Of a stretch of 42,129 bases of DNA, positions 17,160 to 25,461 are shown piece by piece (the first letter of the stretch is position 1; every line of letters starts with the position of its first letter). Both the position numbers and the translations under genes were made by a program. The stretch is from positions 1 to 42,129 of the IMG/VR virus record IMGVR_UViG_3300017937_000051. One strand, written 5' to 3'. The DNA comes from a virus (lineage: Duplodnaviria > Caudoviricetes). Below the pieces are notes generated by a model. That model was not told the origin of the DNA, did no database searches, and saw only the letters and a program-made list of their open reading frames with translations.

Positions 17160-17714
17160 ATGGCTGACGAAATTGGCGCGAAAGACGCACATGATATCAC
17201 GATGTCGCGTTGGAACGCCCACATGCAGCAATGGAACGCGGAAATCGTAGTTCAAGATCAGTTGGCTTGGGACGCAGAGAAGATAGCGGCGGACTTTGGA
17301 AAGCTCGCGCTGCAATCTGCGATCCTGCTCAACGGCGGTGCTTTGCTTGCGATTCCGCCCCTTATGCAATGGCTCAGCAAGAATGCGCGCTCTCAGATAC
17401 CGCTACATTCGGTACCCTTCGTTTGGGGATTGGTTTTAGCCTGCGCTGCTGTCGTCATGGCATACTTCAATTATTCGCTGCTTGGCGAAGCGCGTCGAAG
17501 CTATTCGCGTCAAAGAGGAATCGAGTTAAGCGCCCTGTATGCCGGCAAGGAATATGACAAAGATCCCGCGCACATTCGTGCAAAAAGTCGATGGCGGCGT
17601 CTCAGCTGGGCCACAACAGTTACAGCGTGGGCTGCGCTGGTGATCGGTATAGCCGCATTCTATCTGTTCGCTTCAGGCGTCTTCGAGTTTGTCGCGCTAG
17701 CACAGCAGAAGTGA
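17160..17714 (+). CDS. Multi-TM membrane protein, lower-GC moron
   Basis: LLNGGALLAI motif and three hydrophobic segments; AT-richer codon usage. Confidence 0.7.
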   Translation: MADEIGAKDAHDITMSRWNAHMQQWNAEIVVQDQLAWDAEKIAADFGKLALQSAILLNGGALLAIPPLMQWLSKNARSQIPLHSVPFVWGLVLACAAVVMAYFNYSLLGEARRSYSRQRGIELSALYAGKEYDKDPAHIRAKSRWRRLSWATTVTAWAALVIGIAAFYLFASGVFEFVALAQQK

Positions 17715-17900
17715 GACCAGCATCATGTCGAATACTTTGATCGCGCCGTAGCGGCGAACCTTCCGATGTGCGTTCGTGGCGACGACGCTTCCCCTCTGGC
17801 AGGGCAAATTCGCAGGAAGGTTCACCGCTGCGGCGCCAAGAATGGCCGCGAGGTTAAACTCGCGTAGCGAACATTCGAGGACAGACAAGAAGTAGAGCGC

Positions 17901-18056
17901 TCATTTCTCTTTCTGGCGCGCGGCAAGGCGCGCCCGAACGATGTCCGACACGCGCTGCTTGTCGGCACGCAGATCGCGAAGCTCGGCTGGCGAAAGCCGC
18001 CGGGGCTTGACCGGCGGCGGTGTCCGCCTGCCGCGCGTTTCGTTTTTCTTGACCAT
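17901..18056 (-). CDS. Small basic protein (51 aa, MVKKNETRGRRTPPPVKPRRLSPAELRDLRADK...)
   Basis: Hand-translated ORF with GAGAGA upstream; antisense to the late operon. Confidence 0.4.
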   Translation of the reverse strand: MVKKNETRGRRTPPPVKPRRLSPAELRDLRADKQRVSDIVRARLAARQKEK

Positions 18057-18059
18057 GCT

Positions 18060-18242
18060 GTCTCTCGCCGTCATCGGCCCGGCAGCCTAACAGATTTTCC
18101 GCTTCGCCCGCGATGTTCCGTTCCTCCCTTGGTTCGGTCGCATCGCGTGACCCGGCGTGACGGCGACGCTGCGAACATCGCCGTGCCTGATGTGTGAATG
18201 TGCTCCCAACTTCCCGGCGGCGAACACCGCCGGGATTTTTTT
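18060..18242 (+). ncRNA. Candidate structured sRNA with anti-Shine-Dalgarno-like loop
   Basis: Nested stems TCGCCGTCA/TGACGGCGA and CGCGATG/CATCGCG enclosing TTCCTCCCTT, followed by a terminator. Confidence 0.35.
18212..18242 (+). terminator. Intrinsic terminator inside the late region
   Basis: TCCCGGCGG-cgaaca-CCGCCGGGA-TTTTTTT. Confidence 0.8.
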
Positions 18243-18257
18243 GGCTTGAGGATGAAG

Positions 18258-18467
18258 ATGGCCTTCACGCAATCCGACATCGACACGCTGAAAGCCGCGA
18301 TGAAGTCGGGCGTGAAGTCCGTCACCTATGCCGACGGGCGCGGCGTGACCTATCGCGACATCGGCGAGATGCAGAGCGTGCTGGCGCTCATGCAGAACGA
18401 CGTCGACCAGGCGGCTTCCACGCCGTCGATCTCTTACGCCAGCTTCGATCGGGGCGATTGCGCATGA
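18258..18467 (+). CDS. gpW-like head-tail joining protein
   Basis: MAFTQSDIDTLKAAMKSGVKSVTYADGRGVTYRDIGEM; immediately before the portal. Confidence 0.85.
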   Translation: MAFTQSDIDTLKAAMKSGVKSVTYADGRGVTYRDIGEMQSVLALMQNDVDQAASTPSISYASFDRGDCA

Positions 18468-19975
18468 ACCTCTTCGAACACAGCATCGCCGCGATCTCGC
18501 CGGAATGGGCCGCAAAGCGCGCCTATTTCCGGGCGGTGCTCGCGGCCAACGAAGCGATGCAGAGCCGCAAATACGACGCGGCGTCGCGCGACCGGCGCAC
18601 CGGCAAATGGAACGCGCCGTCCACCGGGCCGAACGCGGAAATCGCGGGCGCCGTGGCGCGCATCCGCGACCGCGGGCGCGATCTTGTGCGCAACAACCCG
18701 CACGCCGCCACGGCGCCGCGCAAGCTGGCCGCCAAGATCGTGGGCAAGGGCATCTTCCCGCGCCTTGCGGTGGAAGACGCAAAGCAGCGCGCCGCGGCGA
18801 AAGACATCTGGGACCGCTTCGCCGATCATTCCGACGTCGAAGGCCTCACCGATTTCTACGCGCAGCAGCATGTCGCCGCGCGCTGTTTCATCGAATGCGG
18901 CGAATTCCTGGTGCGCTGGACGGTGCCGCCGAAAGCGGCGGGCAGCGTGTTCCCGCTGCAATGCTCCATCCTGGAGCCGGACTTCCTCGACAACGACAAG
19001 AACGAAACCATCGCCGATGGCGGCGCCATCATCCAGGGCGTGCAATACGACGCCTTCGGCCGCCGCGTGGGCTACTGGCTTTATCCGGAGCATCCCGGCG
19101 AGTCCCTTGCGGCGTTCACGCGCCGCGTCGCCGCCTCCAGCTTCGTGCCCGCCAGCGAATGCGATCATGTGCTCGACCAGCTGCGCCCCGGGCAGGCGCG
19201 CGGCGTGTCGATGTTCGCGGCCTCCGCGCTCTCGCTGCGCGACATCGAGGATTACAAGGACGCCGAGATGATGCGCCGCAAGATCGCGGCCTGTTTCGCC
19301 GTCTTCCGCCGCCCGCCGCAAGGCAATGCCGCCTCGCCGATGACGCGCGACACCAGCACCGATGCCAAGGGCAACACGATCCAGAACGTCAGCCCCGGCG
19401 CGATCTACGACATGAAGGCGGGCGAAGACGTCAGCTTCTCGACGCCGCCACGGGTCGAAAGCCTCGCCGACACGTTGCGCTTCGAATTGCGCGCCGTCGC
19501 CGCCGGCATCGGCATGACCTATGAGCAGATGACCGGCGATCTCACCGGCGTGAACTTCTCGTCGATCCGCATCGGCGTGAACGATTTCCTCGACGTGCGC
19601 GATCACTGGCGCGAGCATGTGTTCCTGCCGATGATGCTGCGCAAATCGTGGCGCCGCGTCGGGCGCATCGCCGCCATCGCGGGCTATCGCAAGTTCGGCG
19701 ATCCCTGGGCCGACCGCTGGATCTATCCGCGCGACCGCATGCTGTCGCCGATCGACGACGTGGAAGCGGCAAAGGATGCCGCCCGCGCGCTGCTGCGCGA
19801 TCCGCTGGACGTGATCGCCGAGTTCAGCGGCGAAGACCCGCTCGACATCATCGACGGCGCGGCCCAGCTCAACAAGCTGCTCGACGACAACGACCTCACC
19901 AGCGACATCGATCCGCGCAAGGTGGGCCGCACGTCCACGCCCAGCCCGCAAGCGGCGGCCAAGCCGGCCAACTAG
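18464..19975 (+). CDS. Portal protein, lambda family
   Basis: YDAAS, RDRGRDLVRNNP, RPGQARGVS, MTGDLTGVNFSSIR. Confidence 0.95.
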   Translation: MNLFEHSIAAISPEWAAKRAYFRAVLAANEAMQSRKYDAASRDRRTGKWNAPSTGPNAEIAGAVARIRDRGRDLVRNNPHAATAPRKLAAKIVGKGIFPRLAVEDAKQRAAAKDIWDRFADHSDVEGLTDFYAQQHVAARCFIECGEFLVRWTVPPKAAGSVFPLQCSILEPDFLDNDKNETIADGGAIIQGVQYDAFGRRVGYWLYPEHPGESLAAFTRRVAASSFVPASECDHVLDQLRPGQARGVSMFAASALSLRDIEDYKDAEMMRRKIAACFAVFRRPPQGNAASPMTRDTSTDAKGNTIQNVSPGAIYDMKAGEDVSFSTPPRVESLADTLRFELRAVAAGIGMTYEQMTGDLTGVNFSSIRIGVNDFLDVRDHWREHVFLPMMLRKSWRRVGRIAAIAGYRKFGDPWADRWIYPRDRMLSPIDDVEAAKDAARALLRDPLDVIAEFSGEDPLDIIDGAAQLNKLLDDNDLTSDIDPRKVGRTSTPSPQAAAKPAN

Positions 19976-19986
19976 GAGAATCCACG

Positions 19987-21972
19987 ATGAAGAAACCCGC
20001 AAACGCGGCGGAGCAAATCCGCCGCGCCGAACTTCCCATGCAGACGCGCACCGCGCCCGTCACCTCGGTGGACGCGGAGAAGCGCACCGCCGTGCTGTGC
20101 TTCACCACCGGCGCGGACGTGACGCGCTACGATTGGTGGAAGGGCACGCGCTACATCGAGAATCTCGATGTCAGCGACAAGGCCTGCGACCTGTCGCGCC
20201 TTAACGGCGGCGCGCCGCTGCTCAACAGCCACAACATGTACGATCTTTCCAGCCAGATCGGCGTGGTGGAACGCGCATGGATCGACAAGGGCAACGGCTA
20301 CACCGAAGTGCGCTTCCCGAAAGCCGGCGTCGACGCCGAGGCCGACACGATCTTCCAGAAGGTCGCCGACGGCATCATCCGCAACGTCTCGGTGGGCTAC
20401 ATGGTCCGCAAATACGAGATCACCGACAACCAGGGCGACGGCCTGGATGTCTATCGCGCCGTCGACTGGCAGCCGATGGAAGTTTCGCTCGTCACCGTTC
20501 CGGCCGACGCGGGCGCAGGCGTCCGTGCCGCCGATCAGCAACAGAAATTCGCCTGCGAATTCGTCCAGCGGGACGCGCCCGCTTCAACCCTGAAGGAGAA
20601 TGAAATGGATCCGAAGAAGAAGGAAGGCGCGGAACACGTCGAAGAGACGCGCGCCGCTCCCGCACAGCCTGTCGCCCAGCCGGACACCGGCAAGCTGGTG
20701 AACGACGCCATCGTCGCCGAACGCGCCCGCTGCGCCGACATCCGCAAGCGCGTCGCGCTCGCCGGTTTCGACGCCGCCGATGCGGAGACCATCGCCAACG
20801 ACCTGATCGAGCGTGGCGTTGCCGCCGAACATGCCGGCAACCACATCCTCGAAGAGATGTCCAAGCGCGGCTCCAAGCCCGCGCTCGCCGCGCACAGCGC
20901 CGCGCGCGTCGGCACCGAAGCGCATGAGAAGAGCCGCGACGCCATCGTCGAGGCGCTGTCCGCGCGGTCCCTGCGCACCACGCCGTCCGATGCGGCCCGC
21001 GAATTCATGGGCATGCGCCTGCTCGACATCGCGGTGGCCCGCCTTGGCGACCGTCTCAGCCGTTCGGAACGTGATCCGACCATGATCCTGCGCGCCGCGC
21101 ACACGTCGTCGGACTTCCCGTACATTCTGGAAGCGGCGTCGAACAAGATCATGCTCGCGCGCTACGCCGCGGCAACCCCGACCTTCCGCAAGATCGCGCG
21201 TCAGCGTGACCTCAACGACTTCAAGGCCACGAACTTGCTGCGCATCGGCGATTTTCCGACCTTGCTGCCCTATGGCGAGAACGGCGAGATCAAGTCGGGC
21301 ACGATCAACGAAGGCAAGGAACAGGTCACGCTCGGCTCTTACGGCCGCATCGTGTCGCTGAGCCGCCAGGCCATTATCAACGACGATCTCGGCGCCTTCG
21401 ACGACGTGTTCGGCGGCATCGGCTACACGGTCTCGGCGTTCGAGAACGCGCTGTTCTACTCGGTGAAGAACTCCAACAGTGGCCTCGGACCGACGCTGAA
21501 GGACACTTACACCGTCTTCCAGGCGGCGAACCACAAGAACTACACCTCTTCGGGCGCGGCGATCAGCGTCGACAGCCTGGGCGTGGGCCGCGCGGCGATC
21601 CGCAAGCAGACCAATCTCGACGGCAACCCGATCAACGCCGCCGCGAAAACGCTGCTCGTCTCGCCGGACAAGGAAACCATCGCCCAGCAATATGTCGCCA
21701 CGGTGCAGCCGGTGATCAATTCGGCGGTGAACCCGTTCTCGGGCCAGCTCGAAGTCGTCGCCGACGCGGCGCTGAGCGGCAATGCGTGGGAACTCTATGC
21801 CGATCCGGCCGTGCTGCCGGTGTGGTCGTTCGGCTATCTCGCCTCCTCGCCGGGGCCGCGCCTGATGGTGCAGGAGCAGTTCAACGTCGACGGCACGTCG
21901 TTCCGTCTGACGGAGGACTTCTACGCCGCGGCGATCGACTATCGCGGCGGCTATCGCAACGCCGGCGCGTAA
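19987..21972 (+). CDS. Prohead protease - major capsid protein fusion
   Basis: N-terminal PLLNSH...NVSVGY...EVSLVTVPAD protease; C-terminal HTSSDFP...DFK...GEIKSG...YGR...SRQAIINDDL capsid. Confidence 0.93.
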   Translation: MKKPANAAEQIRRAELPMQTRTAPVTSVDAEKRTAVLCFTTGADVTRYDWWKGTRYIENLDVSDKACDLSRLNGGAPLLNSHNMYDLSSQIGVVERAWIDKGNGYTEVRFPKAGVDAEADTIFQKVADGIIRNVSVGYMVRKYEITDNQGDGLDVYRAVDWQPMEVSLVTVPADAGAGVRAADQQQKFACEFVQRDAPASTLKENEMDPKKKEGAEHVEETRAAPAQPVAQPDTGKLVNDAIVAERARCADIRKRVALAGFDAADAETIANDLIERGVAAEHAGNHILEEMSKRGSKPALAAHSAARVGTEAHEKSRDAIVEALSARSLRTTPSDAAREFMGMRLLDIAVARLGDRLSRSERDPTMILRAAHTSSDFPYILEAASNKIMLARYAAATPTFRKIARQRDLNDFKATNLLRIGDFPTLLPYGENGEIKSGTINEGKEQVTLGSYGRIVSLSRQAIINDDLGAFDDVFGGIGYTVSAFENALFYSVKNSNSGLGPTLKDTYTVFQAANHKNYTSSGAAISVDSLGVGRAAIRKQTNLDGNPINAAAKTLLVSPDKETIAQQYVATVQPVINSAVNPFSGQLEVVADAALSGNAWELYADPAVLPVWSFGYLASSPGPRLMVQEQFNVDGTSFRLTEDFYAAAIDYRGGYRNAGA

Positions 21973-21990
21973 CCCGCGCTTTCCATGACA

Positions 21991-22026
21991 GCAGGCGCCG
22001 GAGAAGTCCGGCGCCTGTTTGCTTTC
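21991..22026 (+). terminator. Intrinsic terminator after the capsid gene
   Basis: CAGGCGCCGGA-gaag-TCCGGCGCCTG-TTTGCTTT. Confidence 0.7.
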
Positions 22027-22068
22027 CCCCTCAAGCCAATGCCGGAACCCCGGCTCACGGAGACTCCC

Positions 22069-22440
22069 ATGAAAAACTTTGTCCAGCCCGGCAAGGGGCT
22101 GACGTTCACCGCGCCTTACGACCTTTCGGCAGGCGATACCTTCAAGGTCGGCGCCTATGTCGGCGTCGCGTCCAGCGATGCCACCAGCGGCGACACCGAT
22201 CTGGAAGGCCAGCTCGAAGGCGTCTATTCGCTCGTCAAGCACACCGGCGAAAGCTGGTCGCAGGGCGACGTCCTCTACTGGGACAATTCCAACAAGTATT
22301 GGACGAAAACCGCCACCAGCAACACGCTGGCCGGTAAGGCCGCCGCCGCCGCGCAGTCCGCCGACGCCGTCGGCAATGTGCACCTGATGCCGGGCCTCGC
22401 CGATGCGGCGCTCGCCGCGGCGATCGCGGCCGACTCCTAA
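22069..22440 (+). CDS. DUF2190-family capsid-associated protein
   Basis: MKNFVQPG...TAP...G...GVA...EGVYSL.K...GD.LYWD. Confidence 0.85.
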   Translation: MKNFVQPGKGLTFTAPYDLSAGDTFKVGAYVGVASSDATSGDTDLEGQLEGVYSLVKHTGESWSQGDVLYWDNSNKYWTKTATSNTLAGKAAAAAQSADAVGNVHLMPGLADAALAAAIAADS

Positions 22441-22755
22441 GTGACGGCCTTCGACGACGGCGCATCCGCGCTCGTCAACGATCCGAACCTGTCCCGCCCG
22501 GTTCTCTACACGCCGGGCGGCACAGGCGCGGGCACAACCATCCGCGTGGTGCTCTCGCAAGCCGGGCAGGTGCGCGGCTTCGGCGACACCGGCGCGATGA
22601 CGCGCGACTACACCGCGATGGCGCTGAAATCCGACGTGCCGCGTGCAGCGCGCGGCGACACGCTCACCGACGGCAGCGATGTCTACACCGTCGAGACGCC
22701 GCGGCCCGATGAATCCGATGCCAGCGTGACGCTGACGCTGAAGAAGACGGCCTGA
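22441..22755 (+). CDS. Head-tail joining (gpFII-like) protein
   Basis: Position, size, RGDTL...YTV motif. Confidence 0.65.
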   Translation: MTAFDDGASALVNDPNLSRPVLYTPGGTGAGTTIRVVLSQAGQVRGFGDTGAMTRDYTAMALKSDVPRAARGDTLTDGSDVYTVETPRPDESDASVTLTLKKTA

Positions 22756-22768
22756 GAAAGGCCTTGCC

Positions 22769-23218
22769 ATGACCATCGCCTGCCTCGAACAGATTCTCGC
22801 GCGCGCCAAGACGACGCTGTCGGCCATCGACGGCGTGACGGTGCAGCGCAACCGGCGCACGCCCGTCACCGATGACGACGTGGCGACGAACGCGCTGCTG
22901 CTGCTGTTCAAGGGCCCGCAAGCCGAGACGAACGATTTCACCGGTCAGGACGGCTACCAGCTGACGCTGCTCATCCAGGCGGCCGTGAAAGGCTCGGGCG
23001 AAAGCGCCGAAGCCGCCGCCAACGATCTGCGCGCGAAGATCGCCGCGGCCATGTTCGCGGATCGCACGCTGAACGGCCTCGCCTCCGACGTGCAGCCCGG
23101 CGATGCCGACGACTGGATCGGCATCGGCATCGATTCATCGGAGATCGAGGGCTTCATGCTCGCCTTCACCGTCACCTACGCCACGAAGGAAGGCGATCCC
23201 TACACCTTCGCGAACTGA
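22769..23218 (+). CDS. Tail terminator/completion protein
   Basis: AAMFADRTLNGLA...F.VTY.T..GDP pattern; position. Confidence 0.65.
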   Translation: MTIACLEQILARAKTTLSAIDGVTVQRNRRTPVTDDDVATNALLLLFKGPQAETNDFTGQDGYQLTLLIQAAVKGSGESAEAAANDLRAKIAAAMFADRTLNGLASDVQPGDADDWIGIGIDSSEIEGFMLAFTVTYATKEGDPYTFAN

Positions 23219-23246
23219 CTGGCGCACACACAAGAAAGGACGTGTC

Positions 23247-23447
23247 ATGCCTGCACCCAAGAAAATCTCCCATCACCGCATGGGCGGCGAATTCACCTTC
23301 GAACAGATGGAAGCGGAAGTCGCCAGCCGCCGCGCCGCCGCCGCGAAAACGCAGCCGAAGATCCTCGCCGACGCGAAAGCGCCGGGCGTCGGCCTTTCGG
23401 CGGAAGACATTTCCAAGCCCACCCTGAAACCCGCCGACGGCAAGTAA
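23247..23447 (+). CDS. Small hypothetical protein (66 aa)
   Basis: ATG 23247 with AAGGA; between the terminator-protein and tail tube genes. Confidence 0.55.
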   Translation: MPAPKKISHHRMGGEFTFEQMEAEVASRRAAAAKTQPKILADAKAPGVGLSAEDISKPTLKPADGK

Positions 23448-23522
23448 TCGCGCTCAAGCAGCCGATAGGCGATAGCGCAAACCGAAAACCTCGCGCCCCA
23501 GCAGGCGATAGCCGATAGCGCA
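23447..23522 (+). repeat. Dispersed structured motif, tandem copies 3 and 4
   Basis: ATCGCGCTCAAGCAGCCGATAGGCGATAGCGCA (23447-23479) and TCGCGCCCCAGCAGGCGATAGCCGATAGCGCA (23491-23522) fill the intergenic gap. Confidence 0.9.
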
Positions 23523-23542
23523 CACAAACAAGGAAAACCGCC

Positions 23543-24718
23543 ATGACCGAACGCTTTTACACCCGCAACGTCATCGTGCTCGCGAAGGCGCAGGCCGCGC
23601 AGGGCACCGAGGAAACGCCCACCGTCGGCTCCGATGCCGTGCGCGTGCGCGACGAGGCCACGCCGCAGGCCAACATGCAGAGCTCGCAGTCGGGCTATCT
23701 GAAGGGCGAGATCGACGCCTCCGAGCCGATCAGCAATGGCGGCTCCATGTCGCTGCCGCTGAAATGCTGGATGACCGGCGCAGGCACCGCGGGCACCGCG
23801 CCCGACTGGGGCAAGCATTTGCTCGGCTGCGCGATGCAGGCCGTTCTCACCGCCTCCGCCGTCACCGGCACGGCGCAGGACGGCGACACGGGCACGATCA
23901 CGCTGGCATCGTCTGGCTCCTCGTCCACCGACGACGCTTACATCGGCATGCCGATCACGATCGACGGCGGCACCGGCGACGGGCAGACGCGCGTGATCTC
24001 CGGCTATGTCGGCACCAGCAAGGTGGCGAGCGTTTATCCCGATTGGGACACCGCGCCGGATTCCACCTCGACCTACACCATCGCCGCGAATGCGCGCTAC
24101 GCGCCGATCACGCAGGGCCAGAAGAACCTCACGCTGGTGCAGTATCTGCGCAATGCGGAGACCGCGGGCAACGCGCTGCGCCGCCGCCAGTTCGACTCCA
24201 TGGGCGATTATTCCATCGCGCTCACGCCCAAGCAGCCGGTGGAGATCGCCTTCACCTTCCAGGGCCTGTTGCCCGCGGTGCCGGACGATGTGTCCGATCC
24301 GGGCGATGCCACCTATACCGGCGCGGACCCCGAATCCTATATGGGCGCGCAGACCTGGCTGGGCGGCGACGCGGTGAAGATCAACAACTTCACGCTGCGC
24401 GCCGGCAACGGCATCCAGATGTTCGACGATCCGGCCGCCCAGTTCGGCACCGGCCCCGCCGAGATCACCACGCGCACCATCACCGGCACCATCACCCCGC
24501 CGCTGACGCTGGCGGCGACGCGCAACGCTTTCGCCGACTGGATCGCGGGCACGACGAAGCCCCTGTGGCTGTGCTGGGGTTCGGCGTCGGGCAAGATGGT
24601 GAGCATCTTCATCCCGTCGCTGCTCTACACCGGCAACCAGCCCGGCAACACGAACGGCCGCGAAACCGAGCAGCTGCCCTTCCAGGTGGTCGGCCCGATC
24701 TACATCGCGGTGTTCTGA
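23543..24718 (+). CDS. Major tail tube protein
   Basis: GAGTAGTAPDWGKHLLGCAM motif; position before chaperone and tape measure. Confidence 0.8.
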   Translation: MTERFYTRNVIVLAKAQAAQGTEETPTVGSDAVRVRDEATPQANMQSSQSGYLKGEIDASEPISNGGSMSLPLKCWMTGAGTAGTAPDWGKHLLGCAMQAVLTASAVTGTAQDGDTGTITLASSGSSSTDDAYIGMPITIDGGTGDGQTRVISGYVGTSKVASVYPDWDTAPDSTSTYTIAANARYAPITQGQKNLTLVQYLRNAETAGNALRRRQFDSMGDYSIALTPKQPVEIAFTFQGLLPAVPDDVSDPGDATYTGADPESYMGAQTWLGGDAVKINNFTLRAGNGIQMFDDPAAQFGTGPAEITTRTITGTITPPLTLAATRNAFADWIAGTTKPLWLCWGSASGKMVSIFIPSLLYTGNQPGNTNGRETEQLPFQVVGPIYIAVF

Positions 24719-25461
24719 TGTCGCTGCTGTGCAAGCCGGGCGAGCCGCAGACGCTCGCGCTCGACGAGAACCTTGCGTCCGCGCGCGTCTACAAGCTCGC
24801 CACGCCCACCACCATCGGCCGCATCCGCTTCCGCCGCATGATCGCGGAAGCGGGCGGCCGTCATTACGGCACCATCCCGATGCTGGGCGCGATGCGCGCC
24901 AGCATCGAGAAGGTGTTCGGGAGTGGCGAGCCCTCGCGCTCAAGCAGCGAAGCGGTAGCGCAAAAAAATGAGGCGAGAGACGCCCTCACCGCCGCCGTCG
25001 ATGCGCAGCGCACGCGCATCCTCGAATTCTGGACCGATGCGGGCAACGGCAAGTTCGACGCGCTGGAAACCGGCACGGCCGAACCGGCGCTGCTGGAGGA
25101 ATTCCGCACCCGCCAGCTCGCCATCGTCGAAGGCGCGAACGGCCTTGCCAACACGCAGCGCATCCTGATCGACGCCGATCCGGGTTTCGCCGCGATGGTG
25201 GCCGACGAGGACGCCTTCCCGCTCATTCGCGGCATCGTGGCGGCGCAGCTCTTCATGGTGTCGTGGAGCGGAATCGAAGGCGAATGCTCCAAGGGGCCGG
25301 ACGCGCTTTTGTCGGAAGACAGCCTTGCTCGGATTCCGGAAAGCGATCTGCCCGCCATCGGCGCGAAGGCCGAAGCGATGATGGCGCTGGATAAAGCGCA
25401 AAAAAAAGCCTCAGTCTCGCCTGCGCCTGGCGACTCCGCTGGCGGGACTTCCAGCACCTAG
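24718..25461 (+). CDS. Tail assembly chaperone (gpG-like)
   Basis: TGATG coupling to tail tube; slippery CAA AAA AAA GCC near the 3' end. Confidence 0.75.
   Translation: MSLLCKPGEPQTLALDENLASARVYKLATPTTIGRIRFRRMIAEAGGRHYGTIPMLGAMRASIEKVFGSGEPSRSSSEAVAQKNEARDALTAAVDAQRTRILEFWTDAGNGKFDALETGTAEPALLEEFRTRQLAIVEGANGLANTQRILIDADPGFAAMVADEDAFPLIRGIVAAQLFMVSWSGIEGECSKGPDALLSEDSLARIPESDLPAIGAKAEAMMALDKAQKKASVSPAPGDSAGGTSST
24934..24962 (+). repeat. Dispersed structured motif, copy 5 (inside the chaperone CDS)
   Basis: TCGCGCTCAAGCAGCGAAGCGGTAGCGCA followed by an A-tract. Confidence 0.85.

Noticed and set aside
17697-17904. Toxin remnant downstream of the 51-aa antisense ORF
   Set aside because: The coupled ATG gives only 16 codons and no Walker A or other toxin motif is recognisable
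18080-18160. Twister-like ribozyme suggested by GCCTAACA
   Set aside because: The remaining conserved twister elements and pseudoknot pairings could not be found
23447-23522. Tandem repeats as a mini CRISPR array
   Set aside because: Only two imperfect units with an 11-nt gap, other copies are dispersed, and there are no cas genes
24961-24972. A AAA AAT run as a second frameshift site in the chaperone
   Set aside because: The -1 frame hits TGA immediately; the A-run is the A-rich tail shared by all copies of the repeat motif
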